Assembly (NCBI GenBank): GCA_944331915.1
Contig: CALVIR010000004.1
Span: 2,427-66,426 of the forward strand
Length of the DNA stretch: 64,000 nt
From: an uncultured Bacilli bacterium
GTDB taxonomy: Bacteria; Bacillota_I; Bacilli_A; RF39; UBA660
Direction of reading: 5' to 3'
Under the pieces are notes generated by a model. It saw only the letters and a list, made by a program, of their open reading frames with translations. It was not told the DNA's origin and searched no databases. Made by a program: the position numbers and the translations under genes. Shown here in pieces: positions 21,656-29,660 of this stretch. Within the stretch, counting starts at the first letter, position 1, and each line of letters begins with the position of its first letter.

Positions 21656-21874
21656 AAGAGTTAAGTAATTTATTAACTAGCTTATAGCTTCAAAGAAAAT
21701 TAATTAAAGTTAACAAAATGAATTGGTTTAAGTAAAAATTATTTAACATATTTAACCTTATTAAGCAATATATTACTAATGATTAAGAAATCAAATTAAA
21801 AAAATTATAATTCCTTAAAAATCTAAGTATAATTTTCATTAATTCCGTAAAAACTCTTAATGAGGTGGTGAATT

Positions 21875-22567
21875 ATGAAAAAATTAAGATTAAAAAAAGG
21901 TGCAGTAATAGGAGCTTATCTAATTGCTTTTTCTTTAACTGGAATGGCCTCATTCTTCGTAAGCCAAAATATGCAAGCAAATAATGAATCAACTGAAGAC
22001 ATAGAATATGTTAATAGTTCTATCATTGAGGAAGACTTAGATCAAGAGGTTATCAAAGAAGAAACGAAAATTATTAAACCATTTACAGATGAAAAAGTTG
22101 AAATTTTAAAATCATTCTACGATTATCAAGGAGATAATAAAAGTCAAGAAAACTCTATTCTTTACCATGAAAACACTTACATCCAAAACTCCGGTATAGA
22201 TTTTGGGTTAACAGATCCTTTCGATGTTGTAGCTGTCTTAGATGGTACCGTAATTGATGTTCGTGAAGATGAACTATTAGGTAAGATTGTAGAGATTAAA
22301 CATGATAATGACTTAATTAGTAGTTATCAAAGTTTAAGTGAGGTTTCTGTAAAGAAGAATGATACTGTCAAACAAGGACAAGTCATTGGAAAGAGTGGTA
22401 CTAGCAACATGAATGAGGACTTAGGAAATCATTTACACTTTGAATTATATTTAAAAGGTGAAATTGTAGATCCAAATAAATATTTTGATAAAGCTCTTGA
22501 TGCTCTAAACAGTACTGCAACAGAAGGTGAACAACCTGAAACAAATTCAACTGAAGAAACGGAGTAA
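21875..22567 (+). CDS. spoIIQ: SpoIIQ-like LytM/M23-domain sporulation protein
   Basis: N-terminal TM helix. The M23 domain segment YQSLSEVSVKKNDTVKQGQVIGKSGTSNMNEDLGNHLHFEL closely resembles my recollection of Bacillus SpoIIQ. Acidic, low-complexity tail. Confidence 0.65.
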   Translation: MKKLRLKKGAVIGAYLIAFSLTGMASFFVSQNMQANNESTEDIEYVNSSIIEEDLDQEVIKEETKIIKPFTDEKVEILKSFYDYQGDNKSQENSILYHENTYIQNSGIDFGLTDPFDVVAVLDGTVIDVREDELLGKIVEIKHDNDLISSYQSLSEVSVKKNDTVKQGQVIGKSGTSNMNEDLGNHLHFELYLKGEIVDPNKYFDKALDALNSTATEGEQPETNSTEETE

Positions 22568-22644
22568 CCCGTTTTTTTTCTCTAAAGCAATTTACAATAA
22601 TTGGTATTTTTGCTAAAATATTAACAGTAAAAGGACGTGATAAG

Positions 22645-23637
22645 ATGTTATCAAAAGATATAGGTATTGACTTAGGAACAGCAAATGTTTTAATTTATAT
22701 AAAAGGTGAAGGTATTGTCTTAAATGAACCTAGCGTTGTTGCTATTGATACAGACAACAAAAAAGTAGTAGCTGTAGGTAAAGAAGCAAGTGAAATGTTA
22801 GGAAGAACCCCTGAAAAAGTTAAAGCCATAAAACCTATGAAAGACGGTGTAATTGCTGATTTTGAAATAACAGAAATTATGCTTGATTATTTCATTAGAA
22901 AAATTCATGCTAGAAACTTTTTATCAAGGCCTAGAATATTAATCTGCTGTCCTACAAATGTTACACCTGTAGAAAAAAATGCTATTAAAGAAGCAGCAGA
23001 GCGAACAGGAGCTCGTAAAGTATATCTAGAAGAAGAACCTAAAGTAGCAGCTATAGGAGCAGGTATGGATATTGCCAAACCAAGTGCTAATATGGTCATT
23101 GATATAGGGGGAGGAACTACAGATATTGCTATTTTATCATTAAATGATATTGTTAATAGTGCCTCAGTTAGAATCGCCGGTAATGTCTTTGATCAAGATA
23201 TTGTTAAATATATTAAAGAAAAATACAAATTGTTAATTGGAGAAAAAACAGCAGAAGACATAAAAATTGATTTTGCCAATATTTATGAACCAGATAAAAA
23301 ATCTAAGTTAGAAGTAAGAGGAAGAGACTTAGTTACCGGTTTACCAAATACCATTGAAATAAATGAACAAGAAACCGAAGAAGCTCTTCATGAATCAATA
23401 TATAAGATAATAAAAGCTGTAACAAATGTTTTGGAACAAACCCCTCCAGAATTATCTGCAGATATTGTAGATAAAGGTATTGTTTTAACTGGTGGTGGCT
23501 CTATGCTAAGAGGATTATCTGATATTTTGAAAAAAGAATTAAAAGTACCCGTGTTTATTGCTGACTCTCCTTTGACTTGCGTTGTTGAAGGAACAGGAGT
23601 ACTACTAGATAATATTAAGTTGTTAGAAGATAACTAA
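22645..23637 (+). CDS. mreB: Rod shape-determining actin homolog MreB/Mbl
   Basis: DIGIDLGTANVLIY, DIGGGTTDIA and LTGGGSMLRGL motifs. Confidence 0.95.
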   Translation: MLSKDIGIDLGTANVLIYIKGEGIVLNEPSVVAIDTDNKKVVAVGKEASEMLGRTPEKVKAIKPMKDGVIADFEITEIMLDYFIRKIHARNFLSRPRILICCPTNVTPVEKNAIKEAAERTGARKVYLEEEPKVAAIGAGMDIAKPSANMVIDIGGGTTDIAILSLNDIVNSASVRIAGNVFDQDIVKYIKEKYKLLIGEKTAEDIKIDFANIYEPDKKSKLEVRGRDLVTGLPNTIEINEQETEEALHESIYKIIKAVTNVLEQTPPELSADIVDKGIVLTGGGSMLRGLSDILKKELKVPVFIADSPLTCVVEGTGVLLDNIKLLEDN

Positions 23638-23641
23638 TCAG

Positions 23642-23668
23642 GTCACCATCAGTAATGGTGGCTTTTTT
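23642..23668 (+). terminator. Terminator after mreB
   Basis: GTCACCAT(cagta)ATGGTGGC followed by TTTTTT. Confidence 0.75.
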
Positions 23669-23758
23669 CTTTTCTTAAGTTTTAATATAAGCATCTCTTT
23701 ATAACAGTTGTAAAACTTTTTTTAACTTGTTATAATTGTTTTAGAAAAGAGGAAAATT

Positions 23759-24877
23759 ATGAATGCAGAAATAATATCGGCTTTAAAAATTGTTTTAACA
23801 ACTTTTGTTTGCTCAGCTTTAATAATGCCCTTTATGAAAAAAATTGCTCATCATGTTGGTGCTATAGATATTCCAAGAAAAGATGAAGGTAATAGACATA
23901 TTCATACCAAAGCTACTCCAAAATTAGGAGGTGTAGGAATATTTCTAGCTTTTTTAATAGGATATATGCTTTTTGGAACTGAAAGTGTCCAAATGAATTC
24001 CATTTTAATAGGTAGTTTTATTATCATCTTAACAGGAATAGCAGATGATATTAAAAGCATTAGAGCTTCAACTAAACTTATTGGTCAATTAATAGCAGCT
24101 TGTATTCTTGTATTTTATGGTGGCTTTCTTTTAAATAATATCACAGCTTTTGGCTATAGTATTGATTTTGGTCTATTTTCTTATCCCTTAACAATTTTCT
24201 TTATTGTCGCTTGCGTAAATATCATTAATTTAATTGATGGTTTGGATGGCTTAAGCGGTGGAATTTGTAGCATTTTCTTTATGACGATTGGTATCATTGG
24301 CTTTTTCCAAGGCCGAAGTGGTTCTCTTGTTATGATTTTAACTTTTATTATGTTAGGAGCTACTTTAGGCTTTCTTCTTCATAATTTTTATCCTGCCAAA
24401 ATATTCTGTGGTGATTGTGCTATGTATTTAGGCTTTATGATAGCAGTTATTACTCTTTTAGAGTTTAAAGGACCAGCATTAACTAGTTTATTCGTTCCTC
24501 TAATGATTTTAGGTATACCAATATTAGATACCTTATTTGCTATCATAAGACGTCTTCTTAGACATCAACCGCCCTTTTCTCCAGATAAAGAACATATTCA
24601 TCATCAACTTTTAGGGATGAACTTTTCTCAACGTACAACAGTCTTAATTATTTATGGTTTCTGTATCTTATTCGCTAGTGCCTCTATCTTTTACTCTCTA
24701 AAAGATCCAGTTATGGGAAAAATTTTATATATCATAATTTTTATTATTGTTGTCTGGTTTGTATTAAGAACGACTGTAATTTCAAAAAAGAACAAAGAGG
24801 TTACTGATAATATAATTGATAAAGTGGGCGAAATAATAAAAAAAGAGCCTAAGAAAAAGAAAAATAGGGTTAAATAA
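23759..24877 (+). CDS. tagO: Undecaprenyl-phosphate GlcNAc-1-phosphate transferase (WecA/TagO, MraY-like family)
   Basis: About 10-11 TM helices, with D..R..H..ATP.LGG, IADDI, NLIDGLDGL and IHHQL motifs. Confidence 0.85.
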   Translation: MNAEIISALKIVLTTFVCSALIMPFMKKIAHHVGAIDIPRKDEGNRHIHTKATPKLGGVGIFLAFLIGYMLFGTESVQMNSILIGSFIIILTGIADDIKSIRASTKLIGQLIAACILVFYGGFLLNNITAFGYSIDFGLFSYPLTIFFIVACVNIINLIDGLDGLSGGICSIFFMTIGIIGFFQGRSGSLVMILTFIMLGATLGFLLHNFYPAKIFCGDCAMYLGFMIAVITLLEFKGPALTSLFVPLMILGIPILDTLFAIIRRLLRHQPPFSPDKEHIHHQLLGMNFSQRTTVLIIYGFCILFASASIFYSLKDPVMGKILYIIIFIIVVWFVLRTTVISKKNKEVTDNIIDKVGEIIKKEPKKKKNRVK

Positions 24878-24963
24878 CCTCTATTTTTTTTTGACAAAAT
24901 ACGATAAAATTGGAAAAATATGGTAAAATTTAAGTTGTGTGTAGCGCAAAGAGGGAGGTTATA

Positions 24964-25695
24964 GTGTTAAATTTTATAGTATGTGATGATGAAAAAGAAT
25001 TTAGAGATTTGATAACAACTGAGATAGAGAAATTTATGATGAACTATGATATTAGTTATAAGGTTTATGAATTTGAAACCTATGATGATGAGTTTGAAAA
25101 GGTAGCTAAAGCAGAATTAGGTTTTAAAGCTTATTTCTTTGATATAAAGACTAAAAATGGTTCTGGCTTAGATGCATCTAGATTTATAAGAGAAGAACTA
25201 GACGATTGGAATTCTATTATTGTTATAGTAACTGCTTTTGCTGAGTATCGGTATGAAGCTTTATCTAATCGTTTATATCTTTTAGATTTTGTTAGTAAAT
25301 TTGATAACTGTAAATCTAAGATAAAAGAAATTCTCAAAATAATATATAAGAATTATAACAGCAGAGAGAAATGTTTAAATTATGAATATAATTATATGCT
25401 ATATAAAATTGAATTAAAGAATATTATCTACATAGAAAAAGAACAAGACAGTAAAAGATGTATAATTTATACAACCTATGGAACTTTTAAAGCTCCTTTC
25501 ACTTTAACATCTTTAGCCAAACATCTAGACAAAAGATTTCTAAAAGTTCACAAGAGTTTAATTTTAAACTTAGATAAAATTAGTACTTTTGATATTAAAG
25601 AAAATGAGGTTTTATTTGTTAATGGCATGAGTACTAATTTAATATCTAGAGCAGGTAGAAAGGAGTTGATAGAAAATGTCACTAATAATAGTTAA
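24964..25695 (+). CDS. agrA: AgrA-like response regulator (receiver + LytTR DNA-binding domain)
   Basis: Receiver N-terminus (NFIVCDDE, FFDIKT) and a LytTR-type C-terminus (I.YIE......I.T......F...L..L...L...F..VHKS...NL..I). GTG 24964 lies 6 nt after AGAGGGAGG. Confidence 0.88.
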   Translation: MLNFIVCDDEKEFRDLITTEIEKFMMNYDISYKVYEFETYDDEFEKVAKAELGFKAYFFDIKTKNGSGLDASRFIREELDDWNSIIVIVTAFAEYRYEALSNRLYLLDFVSKFDNCKSKIKEILKIIYKNYNSREKCLNYEYNYMLYKIELKNIIYIEKEQDSKRCIIYTTYGTFKAPFTLTSLAKHLDKRFLKVHKSLILNLDKISTFDIKENEVLFVNGMSTNLISRAGRKELIENVTNNS

Positions 25696-26968
25696 ATTCA
25701 TTAACATGACCTTAATGAATTTTGTTGCTATCTTAATTACAAAAAGTATAACAAAATCCCAAGTAAAGTTATTTACTTTTAAAAATTTACTTTTGTTTTT
25801 ACTTAGCTTATTGCCAACAGCTTTATTTTATACACCAGAATATGACTTTACAACTTTTATAACTTATTTGTTATTAATACTATGTACTAAAAATATTTTC
25901 CATATAGATATACTCACTAGTTTTATTATCAATTTGTATGTTATGGTTGTTGCAGCTTTTTTTGATTTAATACCTGGAATGATTACTGTTAATTTTACAA
26001 GTTTGGAAAAAATTAGAACAAATTCTATCATAATGTTTGTGACTAATTTGATTATTACAACATTAACTTACATTTGTTTTTGTATACCTGTCGTAAGAAA
26101 AATAGTAAATGAAAGTATTGAAAGATTAAAAAAACCTAAAAACCGTAAAATTATAATATTTTGTCTTTTTGGATATATAGCTATTGGCATCACCTTTTAC
26201 CTAGCTTCTAAAAGTTTCATGCCAACAAAGAATTATTTTATTATTAATATTTTAACTTTAACTTTTATTGCTATGATCTTCATATACATGAATGAGATTA
26301 TTAAATATGACAAACTAATGCTACAGAATAATATATTATACGAATGCATGCAAAATGTTGAAAATTATCAAGAACAACAAGATTTAAAAATTCATGAATA
26401 TAGAAATCAATTATCAAAAGTTATGGATATAACAAATGACCAAAAAGTTATAGACAAATTAAGTGAGATTTTAAAAGTTGATTGGACTACAGATAATTAT
26501 ATTTTAGGTCAGATAAAATACATACCTAAAGGTGAAATAAAAAGTTTAATTTATTATAAACTTTTAGTCGCTACTAAATATAAATTGAATATCTCTGTAG
26601 ATATAAGCCCTAAACTAACACCAGAAGATTTCAATTTTTCAGCAAATATTAATGAAGAATTTAGTAAATTAATAGGAATATATTTTGATAATGCTATTGA
26701 AGCTGCCCTTGAGTCTAAGAAAAAGCAAATTTCCTTGGAAATATATAAAGTAAAACATAAATTAGTTTTTGTCATTACTAACACATATAAAGGTAAAATA
26801 AAATTAAGTAATGCCTCTAGAAAAGGATTTACAACCAAAGGAAATAACCATGGTAAAGGCTTATATTTTGCCAATAAAATTGTAAAAAATTCTAACTGTT
26901 TTATAAGTGACACAAAAGTTATTGATGATTATTTTATTCAAAAATTAGAAATAAAAAAAGAGTGTTGA
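25676..26968 (+). CDS. agrC: AgrC-like sensor histidine kinase (HPK10, GHKL ATPase)
   Basis: About 6 N-terminal TM helices; H-box KIHEYRNQL; N-box YFDNAIEAA; G-box GFTTKGNNHGKGLYF. Overlaps the response-regulator stop. Confidence 0.85.
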   Translation: MSLIIVKFINMTLMNFVAILITKSITKSQVKLFTFKNLLLFLLSLLPTALFYTPEYDFTTFITYLLLILCTKNIFHIDILTSFIINLYVMVVAAFFDLIPGMITVNFTSLEKIRTNSIIMFVTNLIITTLTYICFCIPVVRKIVNESIERLKKPKNRKIIIFCLFGYIAIGITFYLASKSFMPTKNYFIINILTLTFIAMIFIYMNEIIKYDKLMLQNNILYECMQNVENYQEQQDLKIHEYRNQLSKVMDITNDQKVIDKLSEILKVDWTTDNYILGQIKYIPKGEIKSLIYYKLLVATKYKLNISVDISPKLTPEDFNFSANINEEFSKLIGIYFDNAIEAALESKKKQISLEIYKVKHKLVFVITNTYKGKIKLSNASRKGFTTKGNNHGKGLYFANKIVKNSNCFISDTKVIDDYFIQKLEIKKEC

Positions 26969-26988
26969 TATCGCACTCATATTTTTTG

Positions 26989-27108
26989 TTAATCCATATC
27001 TTTTAATGCTTTTGGTTCTTCAAATAACCACCAAGCACATCCCATACTAGCACTTGCAGTAGCTAACATAGCAACAGCAGCCAATACTTTAGCCATTCTT
27101 TTTTTCAT
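26989..27108 (-). CDS. agrD: AgrD-type autoinducing peptide precursor (39 aa, not in ORF track): MKKRMAKVLAAVAMLATASASMGCAWWLFEEPKALKDMD
   Basis: My hand translation of the minus strand. RBS GAAAGGAAG lies 8 nt upstream of the ATG. Amphipathic leader, single Cys, hydrophobic core CAWWL, then a F-EEP-K acidic recognition tail. Lies 44 nt downstream of agrB. Confidence 0.75.
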   Translation of the reverse strand: MKKRMAKVLAAVAMLATASASMGCAWWLFEEPKALKDMD

Positions 27109-27152
27109 TTTCGTTACTTCCTTTCTTCCCATATTTATTTAAACATTACTGT

Positions 27153-27746
27153 TTAAACCTTTTTGTAATTGTTATACGTATCACCAAAGATTAGATACAA
27201 GATTGGTGAAATTACAATTGTTTCAATCAATAGAGCTGCTAATAATAAGTCACTATAAACAAGATCATTAAACATAATAATTATAAAGCTATATATAATA
27301 GCTAAACTTGTAGCGCAAATCTTTCTTATTAATCTTTTCTTTTTATTTGTTAATGGTCTTTTTGCAGTATCAGCAGGAGAACAAATAGCAAAAACTATAA
27401 CCGAAACTACACATAGAATAACTTTAACGATTAGACTAATCTCAATATGCATAAATAAAAATGGTAATCCTAATATTAAAGTGGTACTAGAAATTAAGCA
27501 AATTATGGACTTGCTTGCATGATAACCAAAGCCTGGAAATCTAATTATATTAAACATAACTAAGGTAAATAAGAACTCCTTAAGAAATCCTAATAACAAA
27601 GCTATTAAAAATATAATTACTAACTTAGTTAGAGTCATGTAAAGACCTTCTAAACCATAACTTAGCTTCTCTTTTTCATCTTCGCTTAACTCACCCTTAC
27701 TATTTGCAATAAATGCTAAGGAATGATTTAAAAATGCTTCTTTCAT
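27153..27746 (-). CDS. agrB: AgrB family AIP-processing cysteine endopeptidase
   Basis: 197 aa polytopic membrane protein. Catalytic His...Cys spaced 7 residues apart (FGYHASKSIIC), as in S. aureus AgrB H77/C84, and a conserved PADTAKRP motif. RBS AGGAGGGTG. Confidence 0.88.
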   Translation of the reverse strand: MKEAFLNHSLAFIANSKGELSEDEKEKLSYGLEGLYMTLTKLVIIFLIALLLGFLKEFLFTLVMFNIIRFPGFGYHASKSIICLISSTTLILGLPFLFMHIEISLIVKVILCVVSVIVFAICSPADTAKRPLTNKKKRLIRKICATSLAIIYSFIIIMFNDLVYSDLLLAALLIETIVISPILYLIFGDTYNNYKKV

Positions 27747-27999
27747 ATCACCCTCCTATGTTAGTTCAATTATAGTTCTAAATAATAATTTAAAACCGAG
27801 AAACATCTTAAAAGTAAACGTTAGGTTCTAAACAGAAATTTCGACATCTTTTTTTATGAAAAAAGCATTAAAAGGTCTCAAAACAACAATTAACGGAAAA
27901 GTCATGATTATTGTCTATAGCTTGATATAATGAAACCACATCATTTGAAAAAAGGAAGTAAGCAAAAAGTAGAGAATAAAAAGATGTGGAGGTGAACCA

Positions 28000-28218
28000 A
28001 TGATCGGTAAAGTTAAATGGTTCAATAATGAAAAAGGATATGGATTTATTGAATACAAAGAAAATGAAGATATTTTTGTTCATTATTCAACTATTAACTG
28101 TGAAGGTTATAAGACTTTGGTTGAAGGTCAATATGTAGAATTTACTCTACTAGAGACCAGCAAGGGATATCAAGCAGTCGACGTAACACCAATAAAAGAA
28201 CCAGCTTCAGTAAAATAG
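28000..28218 (+). CDS. csp: Cold-shock protein (CspA family)
   Basis: GKVKWFNNEKGYGFI (RNP1) and DIFVHYS (RNP2). RBS GGAGGTG. Confidence 0.95.
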   Translation: MIGKVKWFNNEKGYGFIEYKENEDIFVHYSTINCEGYKTLVEGQYVEFTLLETSKGYQAVDVTPIKEPASVK

Positions 28219-28268
28219 TTGGTTTTTTTCTTCTTTTGTGGTATATTTAATACAAGGAAGGTGATAAT

Positions 28269-28799
28269 ATGGAAATAATCATTCGTGGTGACAAAATTGA
28301 TGTAACTGACGCAATGAAAGACTACATTAATGAAAAGTTAAAAAAACTAGATAAATATCTAGAAAAAAGTGAGGATGTACGAGCTTCCGTCGTTATAAAG
28401 ATCAAAGGTCATCGACAAACAGTTGAAATTACAATTCCTTTAAAAAACTTTATTATTCGTTCTGAAGAAACACAAGAGGATTTCTATGCTGCTGTAGATA
28501 AAGCAATAGATATTATGGAACGACAAATAAGAAAGAACAAAACTAAAATTAAAGCTAAAGAAACTAAAACTAAATATGATTTCAATATAATTGATATTGA
28601 AGAAGAAGATTTAGAAGAACCAACAACTATTATTAAAAGAAAAACAGTTGAGGTTAAACCAATGGATGAAGATGAAGCTATTTTACAATTAGAACTTTTA
28701 GGACATGAATTCTATTTGTTTAAAAATATTGCTACTGATAAAGAAGCCGTTGTTTATAAAAGAAAAAATGGTGGCTATGGTTTAATAGAAGCTGAGTAA
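28269..28799 (+). CDS. hpf: Ribosome hibernation promoting factor, long form
   Basis: N-terminal S30AE domain (I.IRG..I.VT.AM.DYI..K..KL.KY) and C-terminal dimerisation domain (KP..M.E.EA..Q.ELLGHEF..F.N). Confidence 0.93.
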   Translation: MEIIIRGDKIDVTDAMKDYINEKLKKLDKYLEKSEDVRASVVIKIKGHRQTVEITIPLKNFIIRSEETQEDFYAAVDKAIDIMERQIRKNKTKIKAKETKTKYDFNIIDIEEEDLEEPTTIIKRKTVEVKPMDEDEAILQLELLGHEFYLFKNIATDKEAVVYKRKNGGYGLIEAE

Positions 28800-28823
28800 A
28801 TTTAGTAAAGCTTAATAATAAAA

Positions 28824-28853
28824 AGAGAATGATACGAAAAATTATCATTCTCT
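28824..28853. terminator. Bidirectional terminator shared by hpf (+) and the orphan gene (-)
   Basis: 11-bp perfect stem AGAGAATGATA/TATCATTCTCT, flanked by an A-run and a T-run. Confidence 0.8.
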
Positions 28854-29544
28854 ATTTTTTTGAAAGAGTTTTAGCAACATATTCTTCTGCAAAGCCCTTT
28901 ATTTCATCATAAGTAAATTCATCATCTTCGTTATTTACAAGTTCTTTATCGGGAACAATCCAACTCATAAGAGCTAGTTCATCTGCTTCTCTATCACGAA
29001 TGATTACTGGACTAACAAATTCACCAGTTGCAACATCATAGAAAGACTCTGTCTCTGCGGTTATACAATAACCAAGAATACCATTTCTACGGGAACTGGG
29101 TTGTAAAAAGTAATAGTCTTCATCAGTTTTCATTTGCAAAAATTGCTGTCCATCCTCATTTGTTATGTAATGTATTTGTGAACTAAAAATATAATCCCAT
29201 TTTTCATCAGGTATTTCATCTATGCCCTCATATATCAGATATCCATATTCTTCTAATTTAGGATAATCAGGTTCAAGCGTAACAGCTCTTTCACAAATAT
29301 TAATTTTATCATCGTCTATGATAACATACATATCATCATCTAAATAAAATGTTCCTTCATCTGTTGTTAAATAAGCTTTTTCAAACCTCTCCTTTGCTTC
29401 TTTCCTAATTTCTTCCTGCTGTGACGACTGATATGCGTTCCAACTAACATTACCAAGAGTGACAACGCTATAACTAAGTAGTTCGATTTTTACAATTTCC
29501 TTTGGTGTAATTTTAATTTTATTATTCACAATTAATTCTCCCAT
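28852..29544 (-). CDS. Hypothetical acidic cytoplasmic protein (230 aa), orphan gene between hpf and secA
   Basis: Long ORF opposite to its neighbours. Own promoter (TTGATT-16-TGtTATAAT) and a shared bidirectional terminator. No SD, and only about 10 nt of leader expected. No motif recognised. Confidence 0.6.
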   Translation of the reverse strand: MGELIVNNKIKITPKEIVKIELLSYSVVTLGNVSWNAYQSSQQEEIRKEAKERFEKAYLTTDEGTFYLDDDMYVIIDDDKINICERAVTLEPDYPKLEEYGYLIYEGIDEIPDEKWDYIFSSQIHYITNEDGQQFLQMKTDEDYYFLQPSSRRNGILGYCITAETESFYDVATGEFVSPVIIRDREADELALMSWIVPDKELVNNEDDEFTYDEIKGFAEEYVAKTLSKK

Positions 29545-29561
29545 CGCTTAAAATTAACGCT

Positions 29562-29589
29562 ATTATAACAAAAAATCAATAAAAATCAA
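29562..29589 (-). promoter_or_regulatory. Promoter of orphan gene 28852..29544 (TTGATT-16-TGtTATAAT)
   Basis: Read on the minus strand. The -10 box ends 17 nt before the ATG. Confidence 0.5.
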
Positions 29590-29590
29590 T
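29571..29590. repeat. Tandem 10-mer x2 (AAAAATCAAT), supplying TTGATT -35 boxes on the minus strand
   Basis: Read directly from the hpf/secA divergent promoter region. Confidence 0.8.
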
Positions 29591-29660
29591 AAAAAAAGCC
29601 TAAACCTCTTTTTCTTCCTACTTTTTTTTGTTACAATATTATCTGCAAGGAGATGTAAAG

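Noticed and set aside
26958-26988. A shared bidirectional terminator between the kinase gene and agrD (GAGTG n9 CACTC, flanked by an A-run and a T-run).
   Set aside because: The stem is only 5-6 bp with a large loop, and the T-run is offset by 3 nt. It is too weak to annotate as a terminator. It is mentioned only in the agr locus finding.
27801-27860. Possible LytTR (AgrA) binding repeats upstream of agrB: on the minus strand, TCTGTTTAG and AACGTTTAC, plus an AAGATGT pair.
   Set aside because: The GTTTA-containing half-sites are only 14 nt apart start to start, not the roughly 21-nt phasing of characterised AgrA/LytTR sites. Each also deviates from the consensus. In 70%-AT DNA such matches are expected by chance. 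This needs experiment and is not annotated.
27868-28083. A 71-aa minus-strand ORF overlapping the csp start region.
   Set aside because: It overlaps the csp promoter, 5' UTR and coding start on the opposite strand. It has no SD and no recognisable motif.
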